A stretch of 64,000 nt of DNA from Epiperipatus broadwayi (Eukaryota > Animalia > Onychophora), in contig JAQFVV010000009.1 in the NCBI GenBank assembly GCA_028023455.1, forward strand, positions 15,748,001 through 15,812,000. Reading direction: 5' to 3'. Of the stretch, positions 12,948 through 26,599 are shown piece after piece. The position numbers and the translations under genes are program-made. The notes under the pieces are model-generated. The model was not told where the DNA came from, ran no database searches, and saw nothing but the letters and a program-made list of their open reading frames with translations. The first letter of the stretch is position 1. Every line of letters starts with the position of its first letter.

Positions 12948-15020
12948 CAAGATAAAGTTAACAAAAAAAGTTAAAAGGGGGGAGAAAATTTTTGAATTTA
13001 TTCCAAGATTATAACCTACTCTTGTCTAGAGGTTGTGTCATTTGTTTTCTTTATATAAGAAAGTTGAACTACTTTTCTTTGAATGTAAAGTTTTTATATT
13101 TTTAATATTATCCTCATATTTTTGTGTTACTTCTTCTATAATTATTTTTTAAATTTTACTTAATTTAGAATAATTATTTTTTAAATTTTACTTAATTTAG
13201 AATAATGACATGCTTATCATTTGTGTGTAGTGCTGCTTGTTTGCCCTCGAGATTATTGAAGGTTAAATCTAAAGAGTGTTAAAGGTCTAAGCTAATAAGA
13301 AATTAGAACTAAATGACTTTTTTATTTTTTTGGCTTTGAGCCAAATTGAATAACGGAAATAGGGAGGGATATAGTTTTGGTATGTTTACAATTTTAATGT
13401 TTGTTTTTGCATTTCTTTTTGTTGACTTTTTTTTTCGCAAATAAAGTTGTTTACTTAATTGTAATTAAATCTACAATTTTATTGGGTTGAAAATTAGTTA
13501 TTAAATATTTTTTTTTTTCTGAATTTATTTTAAGTTAAAGTCATTAATTTGTGCAGTGTATGTTTTAATGAAAAAGAAAGCATTTTCTCCAGATTTCATG
13601 GGTGAAAATAAAGATTATTTTTAAAATAAATTCATATATGTGTTTGGGTAGTTGCTCCATAGATTAAATAAAGTGACAGATTATGCAGCACAATTATATT
13701 TCATTTTGTCCAAACAGATCTCTCTTTCCTCATTTCTGTTGATCTAAGTGAACTTTACTTTTTAAATGTGTTTTTTTTTTTATCTTGGTGCTAAACTATG
13801 CACTTTTTACAAAAAAGTGTAAATGCCATAGTTTTTTTTTTTGGGTTATCTGCAGACTCACAATCTGTTGTATTATTATAAATGTAAAAAAAATTGCTTC
13901 AGGTGGGATCACCTATATGAGTTGACATCATGAGTCATCTATCAATCAGTTCATAGTTTAGCATGTTTAGTCCATTAATATGATTGTTATCAAGATCTTA
14001 TAATATTTTGCTCTCATCATCTTGCTCCTATAAATTTTTAAATAATATAATTTGAAATTATAATGCAAAGCCTAAGAGAATTTATGAAATGCTTCTTTTA
14101 TGTGATGAAACAAAAGTGTATTGTTTTAAGAGCAAGAGAATGGACATATTTATATAAATATTCATTCAATTTGACTATTTTAAGTATGAATATGATTTCT
14201 CTCAATTTATTATTTTGCTGTTTTTTATAAATATTTTTTTTTCTGTTTTTGTATTCATTATTTCTATTGATATTTTAATGTGCGTATTTTGTAAACTGCA
14301 CTGTTGGTACATGTATTTATAATTGTGTAAATAAAATTATTATTCAGTCTGTGTAAATTATACAAACAGTATTTATATATTGTTTCTCCCAGAAAGTAGA
14401 TCACTCTAGAAAACAGATTGTTAAAGATTTTAAACATTAAGTATGTACATTAGTGTAGCTAATAAAGAGTCAGAGAAACAAAGAGAATAGCAATCAATCA
14501 AGAAGAGCAGAAGTGAAATTAAGAGTGAAAGAAATTCGTTTATAAATTTTCAATTATAAGCATAAATGAACTTTAATGTTGATGATGTGAGTAGTTATTT
14601 GCAGTGTGAGAAATAAATTATTTTCATGCACAAAATTTATTAATATGTAATCTCAAAGTTAAGGCATAGTTATTGTCATTATTTTACTGTTTATTGTTAT
14701 TTGTTTGTATGTTTTATTTATAGTTTCAGCACAGAGAAATAAACTTGCTAATATATATCTAAATCTTTGTGTTGATTTATTAATTGTGCTGACATGACTT
14801 GGATTAGATCATCCCCGTGAACATAGCATAAAACAAATTGTATCATATATAATAAATATAAATTTAATTTACAAGTGCCATAATTTTTACTCAGCTTATT
14901 TTAAACAATAATCTTTGAATAAATACATAAATAATCCCAAATCACTAATATCCATACATTTGAAGAAAACTTAGTGATAAAAATAATTTTTTGAGATTTA
15001 AAGTATATATAAAAAAAGTC

Positions 15021-15143
15021 ATATAGCTTTATTGCTCGGGAGTTCATAAGAAATTTGAATGCCAGACCTACGAGTGCCATAATCTATCCTGGGACTTCCA
15101 ATCCCAAGTTGGATATCTATCGACTGCGTCAAACTACACAGGG
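15021..15143 (-). mobile_element. Third copy of the same SINE-like family
   Basis: ATAGCTTTATTGCTCGGGAGTTCATAAGAAATTTGAATGCCAGA...CTATCGACTGCGTCAAACTACACAGGG aligns end to end with 12441-12565. Confidence 0.6.
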
Positions 15144-18100
15144 TAGTGTATATATTAAAAATATTTATAGCATTTGATATTATCATTAGAGTCCAGCATT
15201 CATGCAATGCCTTGGAACTAAATGGTTGTATCCAATTCTGCTTCTTTAAATGACTACTATAAACTATTAATTTATATAAAAATCAGCAACTTCAAACTGA
15301 TTATATGTATAAAATTAGAGAAAAGTAAGAGAATATTCACATTTTTTCATCAGCGTTTTATATTATGAGTGTTCAAATCTTAAATTGAATTATATAAAAG
15401 GAATAAAAATAAATTTTAATCATATTAAAAAATCAAGTAGGGAATAATTATAAAGCAAAACAAAAATAATTGATCCTGTATTTTGACTTAACCTACATAT
15501 TTATTATAATTCTGAAATTATTTCATATTGTAAAAAAACCACTAAATAGCAATGAATACAAAACTTCTGTAATAATTAAAATGAAATAATTCAGTCAAAC
15601 CAAATAGGTGTTTGGCTTTGACTGCTCTAATGATAACCAGAAGCAGGATCAGCCCATTAAAAAATAAATAAATTAATACCTGTCAAGTTTTTATAAAGAA
15701 TTTGTACTTAAGTATTTAAAAAAAGTCTCACCTGTGCATAAATAAATGTAAAATGTGAAAATTATTTATTAGCATTGTATAACAATATATAAATATTAAA
15801 TACAATTTAATATATTTAACAATTTTAAAACATACTAATTTCCTCACTTCATTAATGTGTAATTTCCTACTCCTATACTTACCAAACATGCTTAAAGTGA
15901 TGGTACTTTTCATTTATTACAGGCCCAAATGTTACTCTTCACAATTTCTTCATTGCTGTATTAATTTTTTGTTCATTGAGTTATATTGGTCTCCATATTG
16001 AAATTATATACTTAGCTATTATTCTCAGCTAGTGAAGTGTTATATGATTGCTAACTCTCAAACAATTTTGTTCAAGATTTTTTATGGCAATTTAAAATTT
16101 TTTTCTCTTCCCTCATCTTTGTTCTTCATGCCCCTTATTACCATGTCAATCCCTCCTATTCCTTTTCTAATTATTTTTGTATTTGCCAGAAGTATGTGAC
16201 TTGTCAATATAACACAGTCTTCTTCTTTAATTATTTTTCTCTTTCTTTGAAGTCTTCTTACTTTCTGTTTTACAATTTGTATGAAGATATCAGTAGATTT
16301 AAATTTTCACTTATTTCAAGAATATTTGTGCCTAGGTTATCGAATATTATAATTGCAAAAAGAGGACACTTTTTGTAGAAAATGTTAATAAAAATAATAG
16401 GAAAATTAAAAAAAATTCAAATTAAAAATTCTAATTATAAACATTTCTTTATTATATATATATTTAATTATTTATCTTTATTTTACCGGATAAGACAAGT
16501 TGAAATTGCTTATTAAAATATAACTTGCACATTATTACCAAGAAAACATACAGCCATTTTATTGAAAATTTACTATATTCCACTTTATACTAAACTGATG
16601 ATTAAAATTCAAATTTTAAAAGTAGCACATTTATTGTTTTTGTTTACATATGAGAAATTGAAGAAACCAAAGCCCTATTTTTTCTCAATAATGTCATCAG
16701 ATCATTTTTTTCATAGAAGTATTTAAATTTTATAATCAGATTATTTATAATAATTCATTTATTTTCTCCTTTAATATCAATAAACTTCACTATAAGTTAT
16801 TACTTCACATTATGAATTACTTTAAGTAATTTGGTAACTTTTTACGTAGTTATCTTGGATTTCAATATGTAATACAGACCACAATGTGTTGTTATTGTAA
16901 GTAGCAAGTTAAAGATATTTTATTATAATAATAGAACTATCTCAATTAAATTAGTTGTATAGGACTGTTATTTTGCTAGTTTATTGTAAGGAAGTGTGGT
17001 GCGGATTCTTTATCATAATATAAAAACACTAGAAAATTTTTGTTTAAGGTTTCTATATTTTGAAAGTATCAGATCAAGATCAAAAGACTAAATTGGTATG
17101 TTCTTCAACTTGCTTGTGACAATATTGAATCTACTATAGAAAATATAAATTATCTATGAATTATCTGTGAATGGACATGGCAAATGAACAAACTGTAACA
17201 TACTTCATAAAAGAAGTATTTTATAGAAAATGTGAGTGTGGATTCATAGAAGTGGCAAATTCTGTTTTCATTATAAAGATTTTTTTTTTTTTAAAAAGAC
17301 ATTCAAAGAAAGAAGAATATTAAATGGTTTTATTAAGAGACTATAACTGAAGATTAAAATGTATTGGGAATGATCACTTCTAAGTTAGATTAAAAATTAC
17401 AATGCTTTTATTAAAAACTAAATAACAATTCCAGATTGTTTAAATTATGAGAATTTAATATGTACAATTTTTTTTTTTTTTTTTTGCATATTGATCAGTT
17501 TAAAATGTTGGATCTCTTAAAGAATAATTAAATATGATCTGTATTGCAGTTTCAGAAAGTATGTATCACCAACTTCTATTTACTATGACATGCTAATTAT
17601 ATGAAATTACAAATACTAAAGTTTGAACCCCAGTATAAACTTCTTTAATAATGTATTTATGTACACATGTTTTTGCATCTATACACTTATATCTAAAGAA
17701 AACATAAATATGGATGTAAATTTATTCATAAATCTAAATTTTATCTTATTCTGAAATTATTTATGTATATATATTGTCTTAGCAGACAGCCTAAATAAAT
17801 TTATTCATTAAAAAGTTATTTAAACATGCATGATTAAATATTCAGGTTATAAAATTATTTAGAATTTTAAATCTGTTTTTTTCTGTGATAATTAAAGTAT
17901 TAGTTGAAGGCATTTTAATTAAAATGTTGTATTGGCACATAACTGTGGTCAAAATGTATTTTATTTTGATAGCTATTGGCATAAAATAATTTAAATCTAA
18001 TGTCATATGATCATATAATTGAATCATACTTTTAAAATTGTTCTTATTACATTTTAAGAAAATTAGGCTAATTTAATTACTTATTTGACTGCCTTTTCAA

Positions 18101-18300
18101 AAATATAATCCATTTTTTTTTATAGGTATGTTTAATATTAACTAATAAAGAATTTTATATATTAAGTTCTCTGCTTGAAGGCATATAAAATAATTAAATA
18201 AGAAAATATTACAATCAAGTGATTCTAACTAATTGTTTATTTAGAACTACCATCATAAAGTTTAATGAATTAACATGCATGTAATTTTATATATAGATAT

Positions 18301-19083
18301 AAATACTTAATTGTAAATTATTAGAGAAAAAATATAGTTAGTAATAAATTTGGCTGAACGTTTTCGAGGAACCGTGCCTCATACTCATAGCCTTCGTGAA
18401 AATGTACTTGATATATGTAAATGAGAATATTCAAATGAGTTAATGTTAAGTAGCCCATTTTTTCGAAATGTCGAAGCACGTGTCTCTTCTGTTGATTGCA
18501 TGGATGTCTCTGTTAATGTAGAATGCCTCTTTTATCTTTCTCCTGTAGTCGTTTGGTTCTGAGCATAAAATAACGGGGTTAGCGGGTATGAAATTGTGCC
18601 CTGATTGTTTAGTATGTTCAAAAAAATGCAGAAGATGTACTGCTGTTCGTTTGGGCTCTATTGAAGGTGTACCGATGTTGAGCCAACCTAACACCAGGTT
18701 GGCTCAACATCAGTACACCTTCAATAGAGCCCAAACGAACAGCAGTACATCTTCTGCATTTTTTGAACATACTAAACAATCAGGGCACAATTTCATACCC
18801 GCTAACCCCGTTATTTTATGCTCAGAACCAAACGACTACAGGAAAAAGATAAAAGAGGCATTCTACATTAACAGAGACATCCATGCAATCAACAGAAGAG
18901 ACACGTGCTTCGACATTTCGAAAAAATGGGCTACTTAACATTAACTCATTTGAATATTCTCATTTACATATATCAAGTACATTTTCACGAAGGCTATGAG
19001 TATGAGGCACGGTTCCTCGAAAACGTTCAGCCAAATTTATTACTAACTATATTTTTTCTCTAATAATTTACAATTAAGTATTT
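18301..19083. mobile_element. Penelope-like element: head-to-head inverted duplication of the 3' end (GIY-YIG C-terminus plus tail/pLTR)
   Basis: Arms are 18301-18689 and 18696-19083 with a 6-nt loop (AACACC), 2 substitutions and one 1-nt indel. Both arms encode SAFFEHTKQSGHNFIPANPVILCSEPNDYR.KIKEAFYIN..., the typical PLE endonuclease C-terminus. A 14-bp direct repeat TATATAGATATAAA at 18290-18303 and 19124-19137 may be a TSD. Confidence 0.9.
18992..19032 (+). ncRNA. Putative minimal type I hammerhead ribozyme with a variant A3-U8 core (mirror copy 18352-18392, minus strand)
   Basis: GGCT|ATGAGTA|T|GAGG cacggtt CCTC|GAAA|ACGT|T C|AGCC gives stem I GGCT/AGCC, stem II GAGG/CCTC, GAAA and a palindromic ACGT. 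It lies in a PLE tail, where hammerheads are known to occur. Activity is untested. Confidence 0.65.
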
Positions 19084-21649
19084 TTCATTTTTACAAATAA
19101 GGAGAAATTAAAACCACATTTATTATATAGATATAAAATAATTTTAAAAAACTGATCTCATTGGTATTTATACTATATTTTATTATAGCATAATAGCAAT
19201 TTCATATAACTTTAATAAATTTTTCAGTGACTGTTATGTGAATTTTTACATACATATCAAACGATTATATTCCTCTACTTTCTTTCAACTTTTATTTTGA
19301 GAGCAATCATTTATTCTTACTTTATTTATCTTCTTTTTAATCATATTCTCTTTATTTATACGTATTAAGTCTTTTCATTTAATTTTTATGTGTTCTTATT
19401 CTTTTTACTTTCTATATTTCTCTCTTGCAATTATTATTTTTTGTATTTTGTTTGATAATATAATATTTATCTTCTTTCTAGAATCCAAAACTGTGAGTAT
19501 AAATAATTTCAATGTAAACAAGTGGCAATATATATTCTCTATATTTGTTTCAAATCCTGCTGGCCTTTTGATAGGAAGTATTGTTTTAGCATTACATGTG
19601 ACAAAAGGATTTTATATTTCTGAACTAAAGTTTTTCTGTGATCAAAATCTGTCTATTTGGTCTTATATTCAGATATGTATCAGATAGTTGTGGCTGTATA
19701 TTTAATTATTTCCACCATATATCATTTTAAAAATTTAAATTTTATATTTTCCAAATATATTTATCTGTTAGTAATAACACAATTTAGTATAGAATATAAA
19801 TCTATCTTTTTTAGATGATGCTGATTAAATAATTATGGTTTAGCAAAGGAATTGAACCATAGTGAACTACCTAACTTATCTATGAGGACTTTTCTAATTT
19901 CATTTTTTCATTTAGATTAATTATACTAAGTTGATGTTCTATTTTATTTTATTTTTAAAAGCAAAGTTAATGAAGGTTTTTTTTAAGCATTATGAATTAT
20001 CACATTAGATTAGGCTTATGAAATTGTTTGCCAATACTATGTGAGAATAGAGAGAGAGGGGGGGGGGAGAAGCTGTTCAAATAATAGTATCAAATAATTC
20101 CATGAATGTTTGGAAACTACCCTTTTTAACCTTGATTTTAAAAGGGGGGTGGATGGTGGTGGAGAAATCAGGTTCATAGATAAATATAGAATGTCCATTG
20201 ACTATTGCTTAGTTGGTTATGAAGATTTAAATAATGGTTATTAGTTAGTATTCATGAATTTAAAGATTACCAGTCAGGCAAATTTAAAGGAGAATACTAC
20301 TACTTGAGATATGTTCTGTACCAAATTGTATGTTATTATTAACAGGTAATTGGAAAATTATAAAGCATTTAATAATTTAAATAGATGATGGAAATAATCC
20401 AATATTTATATAATTGCAAGTAAAATGCCATCATAACAAATCATCAGACAAATTTATGTTAGATACATGTTAAGTCAATTTCTAGCTGAATCTTTTTTCT
20501 CTTTATGAAATATATTTTGATTATAAGTGAATAGTTTATCATGTATCATATCTAGTTGTCATTATGAAAGCTTATGTTTTGGCCAAAAAAATCCATGTTT
20601 TAACTATTCTAGTTTAGGTCATCAAAAATAATTGTTTGTTGATTGTCATGGTTTCAGAGTAGGTGTTGGAATGAGGAAGAGATTACTGCTGTCAAATGGA
20701 GATGCTAAATGAATAATATGGTACTTTGACTAGCTATTATTTACATTTATTAATATCAAACTTATTGAGCTTTTTTCTCATTTTTATGAAAGCAAAATAT
20801 GTGCACAAACCCACAATATGTTATTATTTTTATATATAGAATAATTAAATAAACAGGACTATTCTCTGTGAAAGAAAAACTATGAATTTAACATCTGCAG
20901 TAGTGTGATATCTTTGATCTTCAATGCATCATATTACATTTATATTTTTGTTTTATGGTCACTGCATTAAAATTTATTTGATTGATTAAATTACTTAGGA
21001 CTTGTTCTAAAACATTTGACTTGGTTTGCATATATCTGCTTATGCAGAAGATTGTGGTTCATGCATGGAGAGTAGATTGAATAAGATTGTACGTAAGAGG
21101 GGGTTATGATAATTTAATAATTATTTACGAGAAAATAAAGTTATTCAGAAATCTAATTACAGTGATAAGCAGAAAATAGTTACTTTGAAAAGGAAAAAGG
21201 AAATACTGAAGAATGATATGAAAATTTAAATAATGGTTATAATATGAAGCTGCATTGGAAGAATTTGTGTATTAAATGAAATTTTGTATTTTATAAGTAG
21301 TATTAATAAAAGGGGAAAAAAGCTTGTGATTTATTTTTTTAAAAAGAAAATAAAAAAAATTGACATGGATTCTTTACTCTCCTGCTATGATTAATTATAT
21401 ACTGTTAGGGACAAATAATTGTATAACTATAATTGGAAAAAAAAATAGGCATGCTTAGAAGTTACTAGCTATTCAAAAAAATTGTCAAATTATATCTGTA
21501 GTTGAATTCTATGTCATGAACTAAACTATCATTTAGCCTTTAGTTTATAAATACCTTTAACAAGTGGTTCACTTTCACATATATATTTAGGAAAGATTTC
21601 TTTTAAAATAAATGTAATCTGTAATACACTGACAAAAGTTTAATATACT

Positions 21650-24400
21650 GTACGAAAGCTGGCTTTGTAGTTAATACCATGTCGCAGTTAATATTCTATT
21701 CATAACATTGTGAGTTAGTTGCATGTGTCTCATAAAGTCATACTTATATATATTTCATAGTAATATACTAAATAGTTGTTAAATTAAAAAAAAACATTTC
21801 ATACTATAAATTCATCATTCTAAATCTTTGTTGATTGACTATAGATAGATTAAAGATCTCATCACAATCCTGCTCTTCCAATTCATAAGTTCTACATATT
21901 GCTCCAACAAATTTTTTTATTCTTCAATTTTGCATATCACTTCTTATTAAGATTCCTTAAATGTATTGGAATTAACTTTAGAAGTTTAGTTGTCCATCTG
22001 TTATTGCTTTTTAACAATATATTCAGACCAACTTCATTTCAACTTCATAATGCTTATCCATTTATCTACTTGACTTTGAACGCTTTCTTCTTGAATCTAA
22101 CATCTTTGTAATTTTTATATTGTTTTTCTATTATGTGTTCAAGTTTTAGATTTATAAATAAGCATTGATGTAATAATTATAATAAAAATATTTCATTTTT
22201 ACACAAATAAGTATTTTTCCTTTAACATTAAATTTTTTTTACCAAAAGCATTTTATTTGAAATGTAATTCTCCATTTGATTTCATTCAGTATATTTCCAT
22301 CTAAATTAATAATTTATTAATTGAATTTCTAATCCGTTACTTGTAATTTATTTATTATTTTGAAACTCATTGAATAATACTTTAAGTCTTTTTTAGTATT
22401 TATTTTCAGTCCTATTTTGCTTCTTTTGTCTGTCACTTTAAAATATTATTTTAATAAAAAAACACAACAGATCATTTGCAAAATTCAGATTTCGTAATTG
22501 ATTTCCATTTACTTTTGTAATTTTTGCTTTCTGTTTTAATTCTCTATTGTAAAACTGCTCTAAAAAGTCTAGAAGAGGTTGAATTACCATATTTCCTTTA
22601 TTGATGTTAATCTTAATCATTTAGTCAAGTCATCATTGTAATAATTTGATAAATATTCTTCTAGATTTTGATATGGTCTTAAGTCCATATCATAATATTC
22701 CTGAGTTTTTTTAATCACAGCAGAAATGTTTATAGAATCTAATCTTTTTATATATTCTACAAATCCAGTACAAAATTCTCATTAATACTCATTATTTCAA
22801 TCAAAATCTTTAATATTTGTATATAATGTATTATGTTGTAACTATTTTTTCATCTAGCTTTTTCTTTTGATTGATTTGAGTTCAATGTTTTTTGTAAACA
22901 ACTTATAATGATCTTAGCAATAAATGGTGTACTAATATTAATGTGCATTAACAAAGTAAATTATTTTCTACTGAAGGAAGTAATTACTTCCTATTGTTTT
23001 TATGTTGTAAATGTAGTAATAAAGAACTTATTGTATTTTATTACTATATATTCTTTTGTAAATTTCTACTGCTTGTCTTTTTTCAATAATTATATCATTT
23101 GTTGTTGTATTTGTGAAATAACATTTCTGTCAATGCTAAGATGAGATTTTGTGTTCTTGAGATTTTTTTTTTTGATTTCCTTATCAATTTACAATTATAT
23201 TTTTTAAATGTTATAAAATGTTTACATATTCAGTTTTTCTCAATAGATCATTTTTAAGAATTTTCACTTTCCTATATATATTGCCATTGTTTAGTATTAA
23301 TTTATAAATTATTTATCCACACTTTTGAAAATAGCTCTGACAGTTATATATTCTATTAAACAGTAACATGCTAATTATGTATTCATTCATGCATACAAAT
23401 ATATGTGTTCATTTTAGTATTAAGAAAGCCTAACTAATCTCTCAAAAGTTTTATTTTTTTTGTTGATATCATCTGAGCCATTTTTTTTTTTTAATTTTAA
23501 AATAATTTATAAGTTTTATTATGAATTCATTGGAGTTTTCTGAAAGATAAAAATATCAGTAATTACTCTTTTAATAGTTTTGTCTGATATTGCACTCACA
23601 AATATCTTGCATTTCTCATTAATTGATGATCTCATATTTAGTCTATTAAGGAACATCACACTTGATGTGTATATCTATGTTAGTCAAAATATTTTTGCTA
23701 TACCTTCATTTGAATGCTTCTATGCTCAATTATTTTTATATTTTTTTGTTCAAAATAAATTTATGATGTAGTTTTCTTTCTCTGCAAATTTTACAATCTG
23801 TGTCAATTCTCATTTCTGTTTCCATATCCAAATTTCCCCATTGCAATTTCATCCTTAAAATATATATTTATTCTAACATTTCCCACATTAATTTAAAAAA
23901 TGATTGTTATATTTAAAAATAATGTGTGAAGCTCTTTAATTTTGAATCAGAATGAGACCTTGTTAAAGCATTAACTTAATCAATTGCATTTGCTATTTTC
24001 CAATAAGTTGACTAATAAATCTTGATACTCTTTCTGATATATCCATCATTAATCTTCATAATGTTATTCTGATTTTATTTATTTGTAATTAATCTTATTC
24101 CACATGATTATCAAAAAAACATGACCATTTTTTAAATCAGTTATTTTTTCAACATATCTTCTAAATTTATGAAGTCTGATAATGAATTAATAAATTTATA
24201 ATAAATCTCCCAAATCACATATTATTTCTTCATTAAAAAGTGACCAACAGGCTGTAATAAAGTCAAGATTGAATTATAACTTTGATTTTGTTGGAGGTGG
24301 CTGTGGGTTCACCTTTGTCATTCTTGATTAGCAACATTTACTTGGGAAAACTTCAAACCACAGCCATAAATTCTTCTTTATATCCATCTAAAATCTGCTT
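21650..24400 (-). mobile_element. Highly degenerate RTE-like LINE (endonuclease plus RT remnants)
   Basis: ORF 22438-22620 (KININKGNM..QPLL..LE...KAKITKVNG.QLRNLNFANDL) resembles RTE RT domains 4-5 (GI.VNG..LRNLRFADD). Upstream remnants resemble HLYKLFTKII and AFDS. Boundaries are approximate. Confidence 0.7.
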
Positions 24401-24404
24401 CATT

Positions 24405-25295
24405 ATCTTAATGATGTGTTTTTTGTATGGCAACATGATGAAGCAGTATTACAAACATTAAATTCACAATAGAATCAGAATAAAAATGGGCATTCTTAGA
24501 TGTTCTTGTGGCAAAATCAAAACTACAGTTTACAGAAAACACACATAAGAAGATACCTAGCACATACAACCAATCCTGACAGAACCACATAACATTGAGT
24601 ATACAATCATTATAAAACAGAGCCAAAGAAATTTGTTCAGAAATTGGTGATTTGTAAAAAGAAAATTCAGCTGTCATTAAGGAAATCTTAGATAGACAAC
24701 AAAAGGAAACATCAAAAGAAAACTGCTGTGTTTCCATATATACCAGGAATAACAGACAAAATTATAGAAATCTATAATCAATAGAACATCAGAACAGTTT
24801 TCTAAAGTCATAGGATTCCTAATCTGAAAAATGCTGAAAAATAAAAACTGCATCTATGAAACAACATGAATGTGGAAAGATATATATTGGTGAAATTAGT
24901 TGCTTCATTGAAAAATGATTAAAAGGACACAAACTAATGATTACAAATGAAAAAACAGAGATATTGAAAGTACCAGATCTTGTATGTATAAATGAACATA
25001 TGTTTGATTGAAAAAAAAAAAAAATGATAAAGGAAAAGTATAAAAAAAAAAATGAAGAATCTACTCACATGACAACGGCAAATAACCCCATTAAGTCAAG
25101 TTAATGTGATAATGCATAATGTTTGGAAACCTAGTTGGTTAGATCTCATCTTAAATTCCATATTTATGAATCTAAAAATCTAGGTTCAATTTTCATGCAA
25201 GTACTGTCACTAACGACTTCAGAAACATCTGAAGCAGAGAGGAGAATAATACTTCTCAAAATGTGTTCCATAATAATCTGTATGCTATTACTAAC
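24405..25295 (+). mobile_element. Degenerate Penelope-like element (RT C-terminus, GIY-YIG, tail)
   Basis: Frameshifted translation gives (Y)DDVFFVWQH..., FLDVLV, TVYRK.TH..RYL...NH, FPYIPGITDKI, NCIYE..CGKIYIGE. The track ORF 24408-24737 (-) is its antisense. Confidence 0.85.
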
Positions 25296-26599
25296 AATTG
25301 AATATATTTGAAAAGTTTAAATAGTTTGAATTTTTTTAAAAATATTTAACAATTAATATTAGATGATGAAAATTGTTCTATATATAATTATTATTATTAT
25401 TATTGCTACTATGTTTGGAAATGTGAGTGAATTATTATAAAATAATAATGGATGATTTGTAGATAATAAACTTTTTTTTGAAGAAATAATGTTCATTTAT
25501 ACCTTAGATAGATCTTAGAATTCATTCCAAAGTAAAAAAAAAAAATCTAGTTATTTTTTTGGTTAAATTTTATATTTTTTGGGAGGTTGTGGGATTAGAC
25601 CAGTTTTTTTATTATTGATATTTGATAACAAAATTGAATTCTGTTTATTATATTAAAACTGGGAAATAATATTTTATGTATTAGAAAGCTTTTAATGAAC
25701 CATGTTTTACTGTTTTCTCATATTAACAATCCAACGTTTTTAGGCTTAGATTTGATTTATATCTTTTAATAAATACCCAGTTTTTTATTAATCATTATTC
25801 CTATTAAATCTGAATGTATCTAGATTATACATAGTAAACAAAATATATTCAGAGACAGATGAAATTGAAAATAAGTTAATGTTAAGCATTGATCTTACTT
25901 ATTATTTATAGTTAAATTTGAATAAATACTTCAATAATCCAAAATGAAAAAGTTTTTTAAGAAACACATACACATGAGTTAAGCATTTAATAGTGGCATC
26001 AAACACTAAATAAAAGCACTAGTTTGGAGTCCTCAAGCTTTGAATGAATTAAACTGAAAGAAAAATATATTTCTAACTAGCTGAATAATAAAGAAAGATT
26101 AAGATCAACTGTTCCAATAGTGCTTTTTTTTTAGCTGACAATTATATAATGATTCCTGGAATGATAGAATTTGTTTGGAATTTCAATATTAATGGTAGTA
26201 GAAAAGTTAACTCATATATTAAGCTTGCAAAAACTAGTCTCAATTTCTTCTCATTTTTATATAATTGTAACTTATTGTTATTGATTTGATTTGGATTAAT
26301 ATAATCAAGAAAATGAAGTTAAAAATTATGTTATATCTATTTACAATTTTTTTTTTATCACATCCCATATATGTTTTTTAAGTAATTAATATAAAAATGA
26401 CATGAATAATGGAACAAAATTATTTATACTTTTTCAAGAAATTAAACAATAGACTTCAAAAATGCAAATCATGTCTCGAACATTCCTCTTAAGCATAATA
26501 TTAGCAACTTTTGCATGCGCATTACTATCCATTTTGTTGTAATTATTATTTTTGCATATTTTTAAAAGTATACGCTTAATTAATATAATCTCAATAATT

